From Vicugna vicugna (taxonomy: Eukaryota), in assembly GCA_013265495.1 (NCBI GenBank), contig MU058540.1, positions 2,443,696 to 2,507,695 of the forward strand: 64,000 nt of DNA. Reading direction: 5' to 3'. Position numbers and translations under genes: made by a program. This document shows positions 63,702 to 64,000 of the stretch, piece by piece (the stretch's first letter is position 1; every line of letters begins with the position of its first letter). Under the pieces are notes generated by a model, which did not search any database, was not told where the DNA came from, and saw only the letters and a program-made list of their open reading frames with translations.

Positions 63702-64000
63702 TTCCCAGCTCACTGTGCTCTCCCCAACTCATCCCAACATCCTGGTGCTTTCACCATCCACTTGCCTGATCCACTGACGCTCTGGCCTCCCTGTTCTTCA
63801 GCCTCCTTTTCCCCAGGGACCTCCCCCAGTGTGGGCTCTCTTCTCAGCTCCACACTCAAGCCCTGGACTCTCAAAAAGATCCCACGTTCAAACCTCTTTC
63901 TAGCTCCTCTCTTCAAGCCTTTTCTCCCATGGGCCCCATAGCCCACTGACTTCACCACCTTTCACTGTCCCCTTCAAATCCCTCCTCCCCTCCTTTCCCT

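Noticed and set aside
54620..64000. Expected downstream neighbour PNPLA1 (from recalled synteny)
   Set aside because: No patatin-like coding sequence or convincing exon was seen; the region is repeats and intergenic DNA.
1..64000. Prokaryote-type systems (CRISPR arrays, operons, rRNA genes)
   Set aside because: No regularly spaced direct repeats, operon structure or rRNA sequence were seen; this is intron-rich mammalian DNA.

Overview
Mammalian genomic DNA, very probably a camelid, judged from a Vic-1-type tRNA-derived SINE at ~3.0 kb. The window holds the complete BRPF3 gene on the + strand: a CpG-island promoter at ~21.1-22.1 kb, a non-coding exon 1, and 12 coding exons from 24683 to 52385 (3627 nt, 1208 aa; EPC-like, PZP, bromodomain and PWWP regions). 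The 3' UTR is ~2.2 kb with three AATAAA signals, and one GC-AG intron lies inside the bromodomain. The first 21 kb is rich in old L1, LTR and DNA-transposon fragments. The non-repeat islands in it carry a hidden multi-exon structure on the minus strand, head-to-head with BRPF3. Eight small GT-AG exons between 21053 and 19240 splice in phase into a stop-free ~145-aa frame that I cannot assign to a known protein. Further exon-like blocks lie down to ~630, several with stop codons. This looks like a decaying, unannotated protein-coding gene (unitary pseudogene or lncRNA fossil) at the position where, from memory, human has the lncRNA BRPF3-AS1. Repeat family names come from recalled consensus sequences and their boundaries are approximate.
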